IMG/VR virus record: IMGVR_UViG_3300025012_000003
Direction: 5' to 3' (one strand)
DNA: 64,000 nucleotides
From: a virus
Under the pieces are notes generated by a model. That model did no database searches. It was given only the letters and a program-made list of their open reading frames with translations, and was not told the origin of the DNA. Of the stretch, positions 20,787-31,374 are shown piece after piece (within the stretch, counting starts at the first letter, position 1; each line of letters begins with the position of its first letter). The position numbers were made by a program, and so were the translations under genes.

Positions 20787-22909
20787 TTAATCTAGTAATT
20801 CTCTCATAGATATTAAACTTTGTACATTATCACTAAATATCCTACCTTCTTCTTCGAATATCTTCCTTAACTCTTTTAAAGATATATTATTATTTACTGA
20901 AACATAGCCAGTACTAGGAACTTCCTCCATTATAACTGTCTTTTTAAACGTACCTGTTTCTGTTAATTTGTATATTGTATCCCTAGCTAGCATATAAATA
21001 GTCATGTTAATTCTCTTATCATTTTAAGTCTAAACTGAACCTGAGTAGGTAAGTGGGATAATTTTAAATACTTGATATCCAATAAATCTAAATTTTTTAA
21101 AATAAACTCTTCGGATAACTTTTGAAATTTGGAAAGCATCCTAGATACCTTTTTGAACTCTTCGGGACATTCGTATTGTATTAGCTCTAACAGTCTGACA
21201 CAAGACTCTTCCGATAATTTTTGAATTTGTAGCAGGGATACTAATCCAGATATATCTATAGTATTATCGCTTTTGGAACGAATTATAGTTTCCAAATATT
21301 TATTTAAAAATTTTTCAGTATAGTTTAATTTTACATAAGTAATTTCTGTGTAGTTGTGAGGATGACCAAACACTTGTTTAACCAAGGCACTAAGTACAAT
21401 GCCCTCTTCTAATTCTAATTCTCTCTCTACCCTACCCATTCTTAGTTTTCTACAAGAATGACCATGAGTAAGAGAAAACCACCGATACTTATTGTCTTCA
21501 GAATCGGAGAAAATTTTAGTATAATCATACCATTTTGATAATTTTACTTCTTTAGTTATCTTTTTCATCTTCTGTCAGGACTATCTCCTCTACCAATTCT
21601 CCTTTATCGTCGTAAAGGATGACTTTAATGCTTCCTTTAAAGTCGTTCATTTCTTTTATAGCCTTTAAAAAAGCCTTATCCTGTTCTTCTTCTTTTTTAA
21701 AGCCATCAAGGATTATATCAAAATCTGCTAAATCTTCTTTTTTTACTTCTGGGTCTATCTTATACAAAGATAGATAATTTTTAATTCTAGTAACGAATTC
21801 TTCTTTTAATTTTACCATCCCATACAGGGTTGTTATCTGACCCCGTAGTTGTTCAGAAGGTTGGTAGGTTTCTTCATCTATACTATTTTCTTCTACGCAT
21901 TTTAGGTGTTCCTGCATAGTATCTTTTCTTAAATCGTTTATTTGTTCTACTAGGGTTTCTAATCTGGAAAGATATAAAAGTATTTTTTCTCCAGCTAACA
22001 TAATTCCTCCATTTATTAATCTTCAACCAATTCTTGCATTAACTTTATTCTTATCTTAAAATCTTCTGGTATATTCTTGAAATCCCCACTCAGCATGTAT
22101 TCTCTGTTATGATATTTAGGATAGATAGAATGAAACATTTTCCAGAATAAATCTTCATATAAGTACATATATTTACAATGTCTTAGATAATTTTCTACTA
22201 ATATACTATCATCTATATATTTTAACCAAAAGGATTCAGGTAAAGGAGGTATCTCGTCTTTAAATAAAAAATTTAATACTATCATATCTCTATCACAAGT
22301 ATGTAAAGTATCTAATAACATCTCTAATGCAAAAACATCTCTATGTGCTTTATACATAAAATAGAAATATACTATATTTTCTTTATCGTGCCCCATATAA
22401 GCATTTATAACGGCTTGCTGGAAGACATACTCGGGTATCTTTTCAACCAATTGAGGATGCAATGGTAAAACATCTCTATAAATGCTAGGAGCTTGGTTGT
22501 TTTTTATTAAGTTTATTACTATATCTAGGCATACATCTTCTCGATAGTAATTTCTATTTAAAAAGTCATTTAACTTTTGATAATCTACACATGTTATAAA
22601 ATCAAAATTCATATATTAATCACACAATTCCGATAAGGCAAGATACCTGTGTGTAATCTCGTCCATATCTTCCGATTTATATATAACGTCTGTATTCTTT
22701 TCGTAGTCTTCTAAGGCTTTAGAGAAATTAATGTATTTAAAATTCTGTCCCATATCTACAAATCTACCACTATTAGAAATAAAACCATGACTGACACCAT
22801 CTATGGGAGTCTTCAGACCTGCATGGAATATACTAATCTCATTTACATATTTCAAAGATAGCCCTTCCCCATCCCTGATTATATAATACATAGTCTTTTT
22901 ACGTTTCAT
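20787..22909 (-). other. Five hypothetical CDS, four tagged (MRELLD, MIRELT, MQELVED, LSELCD)
   Basis: ORFs 20787, 21002, 22016 and 22616 tagged; 21552 untagged. Confidence 0.7.
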
Positions 22910-23953
22910 TTATTCCTCGTTCTTTATCAGATATTTATTAGAAATAGACTTAAAAGAAATTACTTGATTGTTAATTAAGTTTTTAGATTTAAATACTAAT
23001 CCTTCTCTTTCAGAACCAGATATAACGGATTTACCTTCTGCCATTTTTAGTAAATCAGCTACTGTTAAGTTATCTAGGTTAGTGGAACCCAGTATCGGAA
23101 CATGGGGTATCTCTATTCCATCTATAACATTTAATTCTTTAAGGGTATTTAATCTTTCTTCTGGAGTCATATATCTCTTTTTATCAATATCAAAAATATC
23201 GAAGAGTTTAAAATGGTGTCCTTTGTATTTACCTCTATTTTTTTGTATACCTTCTCCCACTAATTCTCCCTGTAAAGATATATTTTTATTATAAATTTCT
23301 AATTTTTCTAATATCCTTAAGCTTCTTACGATGTCCCAGAAGGTATTACCCACAGTTTCTTTAAGTTCATAGTTTCTGGAGCATACACCTTGCTCTCCAT
23401 CTTTTCTAAAGACTGTACAAGAACTACCATCCTCTTTTTCAGATATCTCAAACTCCTCATACCTATATTTTTCTAAATAATCGGGTAAGTTTTGAATTCT
23501 CTCTTGGTCTGTTTTAGAAATTCCCGATGGAAAATTTCCTTTTATATTTCCAGCTAGGTTAGCTGGAAGAGGAGGTTCGTATTTTAGAATACCCAGACTC
23601 TCTGTAACATCATCTCCTACTTGTAAATTAAAAGCAAACTCATGATTAAACAATTTATGTGGGTCTAAAACCAGTCCTTGGCTTATTTGCCCACGTAACT
23701 TCACTGTTCTGAGACGTTCTCCCCTAATTCCCTCATATTCTTTAGGTTCGTAACCTTCTCTAGTTAGAAACGGTGCTATATTAGTGGGTATAAAAGAGTC
23801 AATCTCAAAGTAGCAGACCTTATCAAACTCTTTAAATTCATTTTTCTTTACTACCACAATCCACCCGCCTAAATGAGCTGCTTCTATGGCATCTGCTCCT
23901 TCTATGGGAGCTATTTTATCTATCTGTCTTATAGTTGCTAATTTTCTTTCCAT
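22910..23953 (-). CDS. RNA ligase, Rnl2/DRB0094-like
   Basis: RKLATI..I.PIEGADAIE, KTDQERIQN, EKEDGSS, QGELVGEGIQ, EREGLVFK, FKSISNKYL. Confidence 0.9.
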   Translation of the reverse strand: MERKLATIRQIDKIAPIEGADAIEAAHLGGWIVVVKKNEFKEFDKVCYFEIDSFIPTNIAPFLTREGYEPKEYEGIRGERLRTVKLRGQISQGLVLDPHKLFNHEFAFNLQVGDDVTESLGILKYEPPLPANLAGNIKGNFPSGISKTDQERIQNLPDYLEKYRYEEFEISEKEDGSSCTVFRKDGEQGVCSRNYELKETVGNTFWDIVRSLRILEKLEIYNKNISLQGELVGEGIQKNRGKYKGHHFKLFDIFDIDKKRYMTPEERLNTLKELNVIDGIEIPHVPILGSTNLDNLTVADLLKMAEGKSVISGSEREGLVFKSKNLINNQVISFKSISNKYLIKNEE

Positions 23954-24072
23954 GATGTTATTCTCCTTATTATTTTCTATTAAGATTATACCAAAGAAAT
24001 ATCCAAAAGTCAAGCTATGTTAAGAAATGTGTAGCTTATATTATAAGTAGAGGTAAAGATGGGAGATAGATT

Positions 24073-24384
24073 ATGTTTGATTTTATTAAGAAATTTTTTG
24101 AAAAAACTAATGAAGTACAGAGTAAGATTGACGAAGTGCAAGTATCTGCACAGAGTAAAATAGATGCTACTGAGGATATTGAAAAATCCTTAGAGGCGGA
24201 ACTTGTAGAAACTAAAGAACAGTTAATTACTTATAAAAATTTCTATTCCACTGTTACTACTCTAGTAAAAGACATTCCTATAACTCTTACTAGCAATGTA
24301 AAAGATGAAACTATAGCCAAACTTCAACATATTGTAAATTTCTACAATGCTCAACTAGCTAAAGTAAAAGCTCCACGGTCTTAG
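24073..24384 (+). CDS. Coiled-coil hypothetical protein
   Basis: GGAG ribosome-binding site; late-type motif at 24036..24049. Confidence 0.7.
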   Translation: MFDFIKKFFEKTNEVQSKIDEVQVSAQSKIDATEDIEKSLEAELVETKEQLITYKNFYSTVTTLVKDIPITLTSNVKDETIAKLQHIVNFYNAQLAKVKAPRS

Positions 24385-24663
24385 TACATTTTTTACATAC
24401 ATATACAGCTCTAAGTTTATGGGGAGGAGAGAATTCTTTACAGCCATTTCCTCCTCTTACCGAGGATATCCTAGAAGATATCTTACAGTAGGTTCTATGG
24501 TAGGCACATTCTTCGAATTGAAATTCCCTTTTTCTTTCTCCATTTAGAGTTTCCCGATATTTTTTAATTAAGTGTTTGCATGCTCCACAATTGGAAGTAG
24601 TATACTCTTCTTTTTCGTATACTTTTTCATAATTATGATTACAAAATATCTTCCTTATCCTAT

Positions 24664-25308
24664 CTAACATACCAATCCCTCAAGAATCTTGGCTTCCTCC
24701 GAGATTCTTTCTTTATATTTTGCTATAAAATGTTCATGGTAGTCCCTGTTATATGCTTCATAATCATTTTTAACACGACCATTAAAAAGGATATCTCTTC
24801 CTGAAAAATATTCCTTTAACTGTTCAAAAGACACTGGGGTATAATTCCACTTATCCACACCTACATCAGTGGATAATCCGTAGTCTGGACAAGTATTATG
24901 TACGTGTCCGTACAAATGCCAAGCTCCGTGAAAGGAACGATTCCAGCTTCTGTGAGGATAGTGGGAAAGATAAATATATTGACCGTCTACTGTTATGCTT
25001 TTACCTTTATACATTCCTTGAATTAGACCGTCTATCTGCATCTTTCTATATACTTGTTCCGTATCGTGGTTTCCAAGAATTAAAAATTTCTGTCCGTTCA
25101 GCATAGGGAGTACATGTTTATAATTCTGATGTCCCCATATCATATCGCCCAACATCCATATAGTATCTCTGTTAGTAACAACGGAGTTCCAATTATTTAT
25201 TAAAGCTTCGTTCATCTCTTCAACTGATTTATAGGGTCTATTGCAATATCCTATAATATTTTTTGACCCTATATGTAAATCTGCTGTAAAGAATATATTA
25301 GATTTCAA
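24664..25308 (-). CDS. Calcineurin-like metallophosphoesterase
   Basis: ADLHIG, LGD, GNHD, GHVH. Confidence 0.9.
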   Translation of the reverse strand: MKSNIFFTADLHIGSKNIIGYCNRPYKSVEEMNEALINNWNSVVTNRDTIWMLGDMIWGHQNYKHVLPMLNGQKFLILGNHDTEQVYRKMQIDGLIQGMYKGKSITVDGQYIYLSHYPHRSWNRSFHGAWHLYGHVHNTCPDYGLSTDVGVDKWNYTPVSFEQLKEYFSGRDILFNGRVKNDYEAYNRDYHEHFIAKYKERISEEAKILEGLVC

Positions 25309-25962
25309 GATATCAGCTCCTCCATCATTATTTTTGTGCTTATATAATCCATTGCTTCTTTTTTAGTATCAAATTCATACCAAATACTGTTGTCCCTGTT
25401 GTTATTTATAGAAAGATATATTGTAGCTAGGAACATTGATTGGTCTAACTTACAATAATCCATTTTATTTCCTTTATAGTATTCTTCATGGAATATATGT
25501 TTATCATATCTATACAATAATTCTAATTGGGAGTCATCTTTAAATTTCTTTATATATGCTTTATTGGGATTTATATTACCTAACTCAGCAAGTCTCATCT
25601 ACTAACTCCATCATAGTAAGAGTAGCTAACATAGCTTCTTCATCTATCCCGCCATGTCTTTCTAGTAGGGTATCAATTATGTTACAAGAGACGTATCCAT
25701 ATACATCTTGAACAGGTTCATTCAGTGTTTCTGCTAACCAATTATCAAAAGGTTCTGGAAATCCTATTTCTAAGTGGGAATACTCTACATTCTCATCTTT
25801 GGGGGTACAGTAGTGATGAGAGCTACCTTGAATACTAACGGTAAATCCATCTTTACAAACTATAGCAGGTCTAGGAAAACTGTATCTTCCGAAAGGTGCA
25901 CGTTTGTATGATAATTTAAGGTATTCTTTTAAATTCATCCTAGATACCGTTTTCTTGTACAT
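25305..25962 (-). other. Two hypothetical CDS with C-terminal tag (MMEELIS, TMMELVDETC)
   Basis: ORFs 25305..25598 and 25585..25962. Confidence 0.7.
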
Positions 25963-26146
25963 GTTTTAATAATCTTTTAACTTCTATAGCAGGAACAGTT
26001 ATGTTTTTTAATAATTCGTCATTAGTATTTAATAAATCATCTACTGATAAATTTATTATATCTTCTTTTATATAATATTGTGATGATAATAATTTTTCTA
26101 ATAATGAATTTTTGTTTTTTGACATATAATTTCTCCTTTTACATCC

Positions 26147-26183
26147 ATTATAATAAATAAAAGGGTTGTTGTCAACCCTTTTG
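26147..26183 (-). promoter_or_regulatory. Sigma70 promoter overlapping a terminator-like hairpin
   Basis: TTGACA-17-TATAAT; the -35 box sits inside AAAGGGTTG/CAACCCTTT. Confidence 0.7.
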
Positions 26184-26436
26184 TAAAGAAATATTTATCT
26201 ATCTTTAGTTACTTTAATTTGTACGATATGGTTAGGAGTGATTACTGACCAGTCTTGATACTGTACTGTTACCCAAGGATGACGAAGGTAAGTATAACTA
26301 GGTTCTTCTACTACATCCTGTATGAGTTCTCTCATAGTTTCTTTAACTAGATGTTTCTCATAAGCTTCCATATAGCATTTCTTGGGAGCCAATTGAAATT
26401 GTTTAGGTTGTTTAGTTTTTTCCCAACGTCTACTCA

Positions 26437-27024
26437 TTATTTTAGATACACTATAACTCTTCCAGAACCTTGAGTAGGGGTTCCAGTAAAATATATTCTT
26501 ATATCGGAATTATAAGAATATTCAAAACCGCTTGCTTTTTCATATAAGTTAGATACTGTTAGTTCTGAATCTGTAGCAATAGTAAACAAATCAGAAACGA
26601 GAGCATCCCCTACCGTTATTGTTCCTTCGTCAAATGCACTTTCTACTTCTATTACTACTTTATCTACAAAATACCCGTCATAGGTATTTCCTATAGTAAT
26701 CCAATCTAATCCAAAAGTATTAAAATCAAAATCTCCTACAATTTTGCCTATTTCATCATATACTTCTTTAATTGCGTTTTGTACGTTAGTGGATGTTAAG
26801 TTACCCGTAGGAGTAAAAGGTAAATCAGTAGCAGTAGCACTTCCAGACACGTCGCCTGTTGTACTTTTAAGTATTCCCCCAAGGGTACCAATTTTTAAAT
26901 TAGGTACTATGGTCTTTTTATCAATAGTTAATCCGCTTGCATCCGACGTAAGGGTAGTTTTGTTAGCTTTACCAATGGAAAATACTCCACTAAGGGTACC
27001 GATAATGTTTTCAATTAATCCCAC
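26437..27024 (-). CDS. Putative structural/tail-fibre-like protein
   Basis: FTPTGNLTSTNVQNAIKEV fibre-type motif; N-terminus similar to 13055..13507; promoter TTGACA-17-TATAAT at 27071..27099. Confidence 0.5.
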   Translation of the reverse strand: MGLIENIIGTLSGVFSIGKANKTTLTSDASGLTIDKKTIVPNLKIGTLGGILKSTTGDVSGSATATDLPFTPTGNLTSTNVQNAIKEVYDEIGKIVGDFDFNTFGLDWITIGNTYDGYFVDKVVIEVESAFDEGTITVGDALVSDLFTIATDSELTVSNLYEKASGFEYSYNSDIRIYFTGTPTQGSGRVIVYLK

Positions 27025-27090
27025 AACAAATTTCTCCTTTTATGAATACTATACGATATCTTTTTAATTAATTATATCACGATAACGGGA

Positions 27091-28092
27091 TTATGTCAAG
27101 CTACTATAAATTTTATCTATCATATCTTCTATTTTAGTATCCCCAGAGAATTCAAAGGATAATCTTTTTTTATCTACCGTTTTTCCTATCTTAATATCTA
27201 TCTGGATATCAGAATATTCTTGATATTCTTTGTGTTCTTTTCCAGCATTATAATAAATAGTAATCATGCCACTGAAAAGTTTCCCTTTAAATCCAATTGT
27301 GGTTTTAAGGAATTTTTCCCCATAAGGATAATTTCTAACTATTTTAAATCTATCTCCTAATTTATTAGATAGCATTCCTAACATTTTTTCTATTATGTTA
27401 GTTTCTAAATACTCATCTCTTTTTTGAGTTATCTTCCCAGTAGCTTTTTCCTGTCTCAGTTCAAAAGTTTCTATTATCTCAAAAGAATCTCTAGTCAAAA
27501 ATATGGCTTGGTGGGGTTCGTCTGGATGTATGATAGATTTACTTTTTTCTTCAGCATTATCTACTAAAACTTTTATCCCAGCTTTTACTAATAATTGATT
27601 ACTTATCTTGGGGCTTAGTACTGTTTTATTAGTCAAACCTACAGTTATCATTCTGTAAAATTGATATCCAGCTCTTATTCCCCTATTAACTACGTAATTT
27701 TGATAAATAACATCCCATCTTTCCTCTGGAAACATTATACTTAAATAGTGAATAAATTGTTCCCTTGTTAAATCTTGTAAATATAGGGTTTGGTTAGGGA
27801 CAGTATTTCTAACAATTGCTAAATATCTTCTATTTGTTCCAAATCCTATGTCAGAAGGATGATGCACAACATAGTCAGCGGGAAAAGCATATACCCCAGC
27901 GGGGTCTTCATGTGTTCCAGCAGGGTCATAGACTATCCTTTTATCCAGAACATCAGATTTAAAATTAGAGAAGTGAACATACAAGTTATCTAAGTTTTGA
28001 GTTTTGTATTTTTCTACAAAATTGACAAATTGCTTAGGATAGTAGTCGGTATAATGCACCTCATTTATTAAATTTATAATTTTTTTAAACAT
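27091..28092 (-). CDS. Hypothetical protein with N-terminal motif (MFKKIINLINE)
   Basis: 333 aa ORF; YVHFS and PAGVYAFP motifs. Confidence 0.65.
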   Translation of the reverse strand: MFKKIINLINEVHYTDYYPKQFVNFVEKYKTQNLDNLYVHFSNFKSDVLDKRIVYDPAGTHEDPAGVYAFPADYVVHHPSDIGFGTNRRYLAIVRNTVPNQTLYLQDLTREQFIHYLSIMFPEERWDVIYQNYVVNRGIRAGYQFYRMITVGLTNKTVLSPKISNQLLVKAGIKVLVDNAEEKSKSIIHPDEPHQAIFLTRDSFEIIETFELRQEKATGKITQKRDEYLETNIIEKMLGMLSNKLGDRFKIVRNYPYGEKFLKTTIGFKGKLFSGMITIYYNAGKEHKEYQEYSDIQIDIKIGKTVDKKRLSFEFSGDTKIEDMIDKIYSSLT

Positions 28093-28093
28093 G

Positions 28094-28801
28094 TTATTTA
28101 CCTATATAAGGTTCTATCTCTAAATTCCAAAACTCTTCTGGAGATTTAAAGTGTTGTTGAGCTAACATTCTCTTAAAAGCATTAGCATTAGCTACTTTTT
28201 CTAATGGTAAGTTTTCATATGCTTTTCTTTCTTTTATCATGTCTCTTAAATATAGTTTAAAATCCTCATCACTGGTTATTTTAAATTCTTCTTTATTTCT
28301 TTTAAAATATTCGGCATGTTCTTTATAGGATTTATTATAAAAGTCTGGGCTTACTATATAATTCAGAGCATGTTCTATCTCATGAACTAATTGTTTGGGT
28401 CTATCCAACACAGATATTCTATTGTCTATAGATACAAAAGGTATTTCTTCCCCAGATGCTGTTTTCCCCACAGAAAAGAAACTTCCTTCGGGTTGGAATA
28501 TTATAGGCAACCCTCCTATTTTCTTATAAACAGTGGGAGCTTCGGAAGTTAATAAGTCTGATAATTTAATATCGTTAGTTAAGCTTTTATCATAAATAGT
28601 CTGATTGAATATGGGAGCCTTATTCATAATATCCCAGAAATCTAAACCGTAGTAACTTTCCAACCATTTTTGGAATTCGGGGTATGTTTTTATATCTGAG
28701 CTTAATACTTCTGATTTAAGTAATTCTAAATCTTTATTTAATATATGCTTAGTTAGAGGATTGACTCTCTCATTAACTAGCTTTAATATTTTCTTAAACA
28801 T
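28094..28801 (-). CDS. Putative zinc metallopeptidase with N-terminal motif (MFKKILKLVNE)
   Basis: LVHEIEHA (HExxH) and a downstream LEKVAN Glu. Confidence 0.55.
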   Translation of the reverse strand: MFKKILKLVNERVNPLTKHILNKDLELLKSEVLSSDIKTYPEFQKWLESYYGLDFWDIMNKAPIFNQTIYDKSLTNDIKLSDLLTSEAPTVYKKIGGLPIIFQPEGSFFSVGKTASGEEIPFVSIDNRISVLDRPKQLVHEIEHALNYIVSPDFYNKSYKEHAEYFKRNKEEFKITSDEDFKLYLRDMIKERKAYENLPLEKVANANAFKRMLAQQHFKSPEEFWNLEIEPYIGK

Positions 28802-29347
28802 ACCATAACCCTAATAAACATCTTCGTTTATAATATAAATTAATTAATCGTCATCATCTAAATTAAAGGTATTAGAAGTAATACCATAATTAGGGTTTAA
28901 TCTAGGTAATCCTCCATTTATAATTAAAGGCATATAAGGGGCATGTATCACGCTTCTCAACATAGCTTCTAAATCATCTTTTTCATTATCATCTGTTAAT
29001 TCAGCCATAACCCTAGAAGATAGATGAACGCTATCAAGATATTCTATTAATGATTCCCTATCTTTAAAATGGATTGGACTAAAATTATCAGCTTCCAACT
29101 CTTCTACTTTTAAACAATAGTTACCTTCAAAGATTCCATATCCTTCTTTATTAGCTATATAATTATAATAGAGTTCTCCTTCATCATGATACATTATATT
29201 ATCCGACAAGAATACAACTTTATCAGCTCTCTGAGTATCTGCTGATTTAAGGTAGACAAATCCTCCTTCAGAAGAAAGTTTTTCTACTATAGTTGTAGCT
29301 AAAACAAGATTATCTAAATGTTTTAATTTTAAATACATGACTAATCC

Positions 29348-30553
29348 TTAGTTAGATTTAAAGTTATAGATAGGTTTTATGATATCCAATATCTCTACAG
29401 TATCCTGAACTAGCATAATTATCTCTTCTGAGGGTTTGTAAGCCATAGGAGCTTCATCTAAAGTGGATTGTTTTACAGAAGTGGAATAAACATTCGCCAT
29501 TTCTTTTTCAAAATCTTCCAATTTTAAAGTATCCTTAGCTTTAGACCTAGACATCAATCTTCCAGCACCGTGGGGAGCCGAATAATTCCAATCTTTATTA
29601 CCTTTTCCAATAGCCAGTATAGAACCGTCCCTCATATTTAAAGGAATTAAAACTAGTTCTTCTAACTCTGCCGAGATAGCTCCTTTTCTTATTATTCCAT
29701 TTTCGTCAATATAATTATGGATAGTTTCAAATCGTTCTATTTCATTTAAGCCTAGAGATTTAACTATTCTGTTAGCCATATTATGTCTACTAATAGAAGC
29801 ATATTTTTGAGCAATTCTTAAATCATATATGTATTCATCCTTAAGGGTACCCTCTAAGAAACACAAATGTTTAGGAGTTTTATATTTTTCGTTATACTGC
29901 TTAGTTTCTTCTATATAATTCTGTAATTCTTCAAACTTGCCTTCTTGTTTAAAAGATTCTATCTTTTCTTTATGAAAAGCTTTTACTTTATCCGCACAAT
30001 ATTTCTCTGCTATTCTCTGATGATACTCTGCAACACATTTTCCAAAATTTCTCGAACCGCTGTGAATTACTAGGTACTTATTATCCTCTGAATCTACGTT
30101 TATTTCTATGAAATGGTTTCCTCCACCTAAAGAACCCACACCTTTTAGAAATTCTCCAAAATCCCTGCCAAGTTTCTTACCTATTTTTTTAACATCGTCC
30201 TCTATACTAGAAACATTAGCAACAACTTTATTATTGTTTTTAAATCCGTGTGGAATATTATGTCTTATATAATCATCTATGTCTGATAGATTTAATTCTG
30301 ATTTATCCAACTTAACTGTAAGCATACCACAACCAATATCTACCCCTATTAAATTAGGAACAACCCTATCTTTCATGAGAGCAGTAAAACCTATCACGCA
30401 TCCTTTACCAGCATGTGTATCAGGCATAATTCTCACATTAGCATCTACGAAAGCAGGAGTGTTTATTAATTCTATTACTTGACTCAATGCTTCTTTTTCT
30501 ATATTGTCAGTATATATTATTGCATTACTATATTTGCCATCTAAATTTATCAT
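29348..30553 (-). CDS. rtcB: RtcB family RNA ligase
   Basis: MPDTHAGKGCVIG, GVDIGCG, LGGGNHFIE, IHSGSR, HNY, RKGA, APHGAGR, DEAPMAYK. Confidence 0.95.
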   Translation of the reverse strand: MINLDGKYSNAIIYTDNIEKEALSQVIELINTPAFVDANVRIMPDTHAGKGCVIGFTALMKDRVVPNLIGVDIGCGMLTVKLDKSELNLSDIDDYIRHNIPHGFKNNNKVVANVSSIEDDVKKIGKKLGRDFGEFLKGVGSLGGGNHFIEINVDSEDNKYLVIHSGSRNFGKCVAEYHQRIAEKYCADKVKAFHKEKIESFKQEGKFEELQNYIEETKQYNEKYKTPKHLCFLEGTLKDEYIYDLRIAQKYASISRHNMANRIVKSLGLNEIERFETIHNYIDENGIIRKGAISAELEELVLIPLNMRDGSILAIGKGNKDWNYSAPHGAGRLMSRSKAKDTLKLEDFEKEMANVYSTSVKQSTLDEAPMAYKPSEEIIMLVQDTVEILDIIKPIYNFKSN

Positions 30554-30612
30554 TATTTTTCTCCAATTGTCTATATATTCCAAGCATAACATAAATTTTT
30601 ATATATTTCAAG

Positions 30613-31203
30613 CTATTTTCTTAAATCATAAAGATATGTTACTTTTGGTTTAGTTTTTACGTAAATAGCTTCTCCAGTTTCTAAAGCTTTTTTAATTTCT
30701 TTAGCGAACGGTTTAAGTTCTCCTTTATTTTTAGTTCTTATACATTTATCATGATATCTTTTATCTCTATATAAGATAACTCTTCCAGCACTGGTATATC
30801 CAATATGTTCGAAGTTACTTGCTTTGTATATTATCCCAGTGTGTCCAAAAGTTTGGTCTGCGTAGGAAATTACTTTTTTAATATCTGTATTTTTCTTTAA
30901 CCATTTTAATGTTTTCCCTATGAAATAGCTCTCTGTATTTCGAGGAGTATCATCTATACAGCATAACCTTCTTAATTCTATCACATCTCTCTCTTCATCA
31001 GCATACTTTTTCCAACAATTAGCCATAGCCATCTTACCATAAATCATGGCACCAATCATTTCATCACCTTTCATTAACCTGAAACAGTAATCTATTCTCA
31101 GTCCATTAATACTTTTACTGTAGTGCCACTTCTCTACAAAGTCTTTTATATCTTTTCTGGTACATAGTTCTACAATATAATTTCTTACAGAAGTTTCTTT
31201 CAT
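30613..31203 (-). CDS. Mom-like (GNAT-fold) DNA modification protein
   Basis: KWHYS, ELRRL, PRNTESYFI, SYAD..GHTGIIYKASNF. Confidence 0.8.
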   Translation of the reverse strand: MKETSVRNYIVELCTRKDIKDFVEKWHYSKSINGLRIDYCFRLMKGDEMIGAMIYGKMAMANCWKKYADEERDVIELRRLCCIDDTPRNTESYFIGKTLKWLKKNTDIKKVISYADQTFGHTGIIYKASNFEHIGYTSAGRVILYRDKRYHDKCIRTKNKGELKPFAKEIKKALETGEAIYVKTKPKVTYLYDLRK

Positions 31204-31364
31204 TATGCTAATATATTTCTTTCTGGAAAATTTATTATTTTCTTATCTTTATTTATTTTAGAATTTAATAATTTTTTGCAAAGTTTAGCACAATCTGTGC
31301 AAATTAATAAATCTCCGTCTCCTAGGTATTTTTCTTTATCTTCTTTACAAAATCTACAAGACAT
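31203..31364 (-). CDS. Standalone ClpX-type C4 zinc-finger protein (not in ORF track)
   Basis: MSCRFCKEDKEKYLGDGDLLICTDCAKLCKKLL...; AAGGAG ribosome-binding site. Confidence 0.65.
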   Translation of the reverse strand: MSCRFCKEDKEKYLGDGDLLICTDCAKLCKKLLNSKINKDKKIINFPERNILA

Positions 31365-31374
31365 TTTTATCTCC

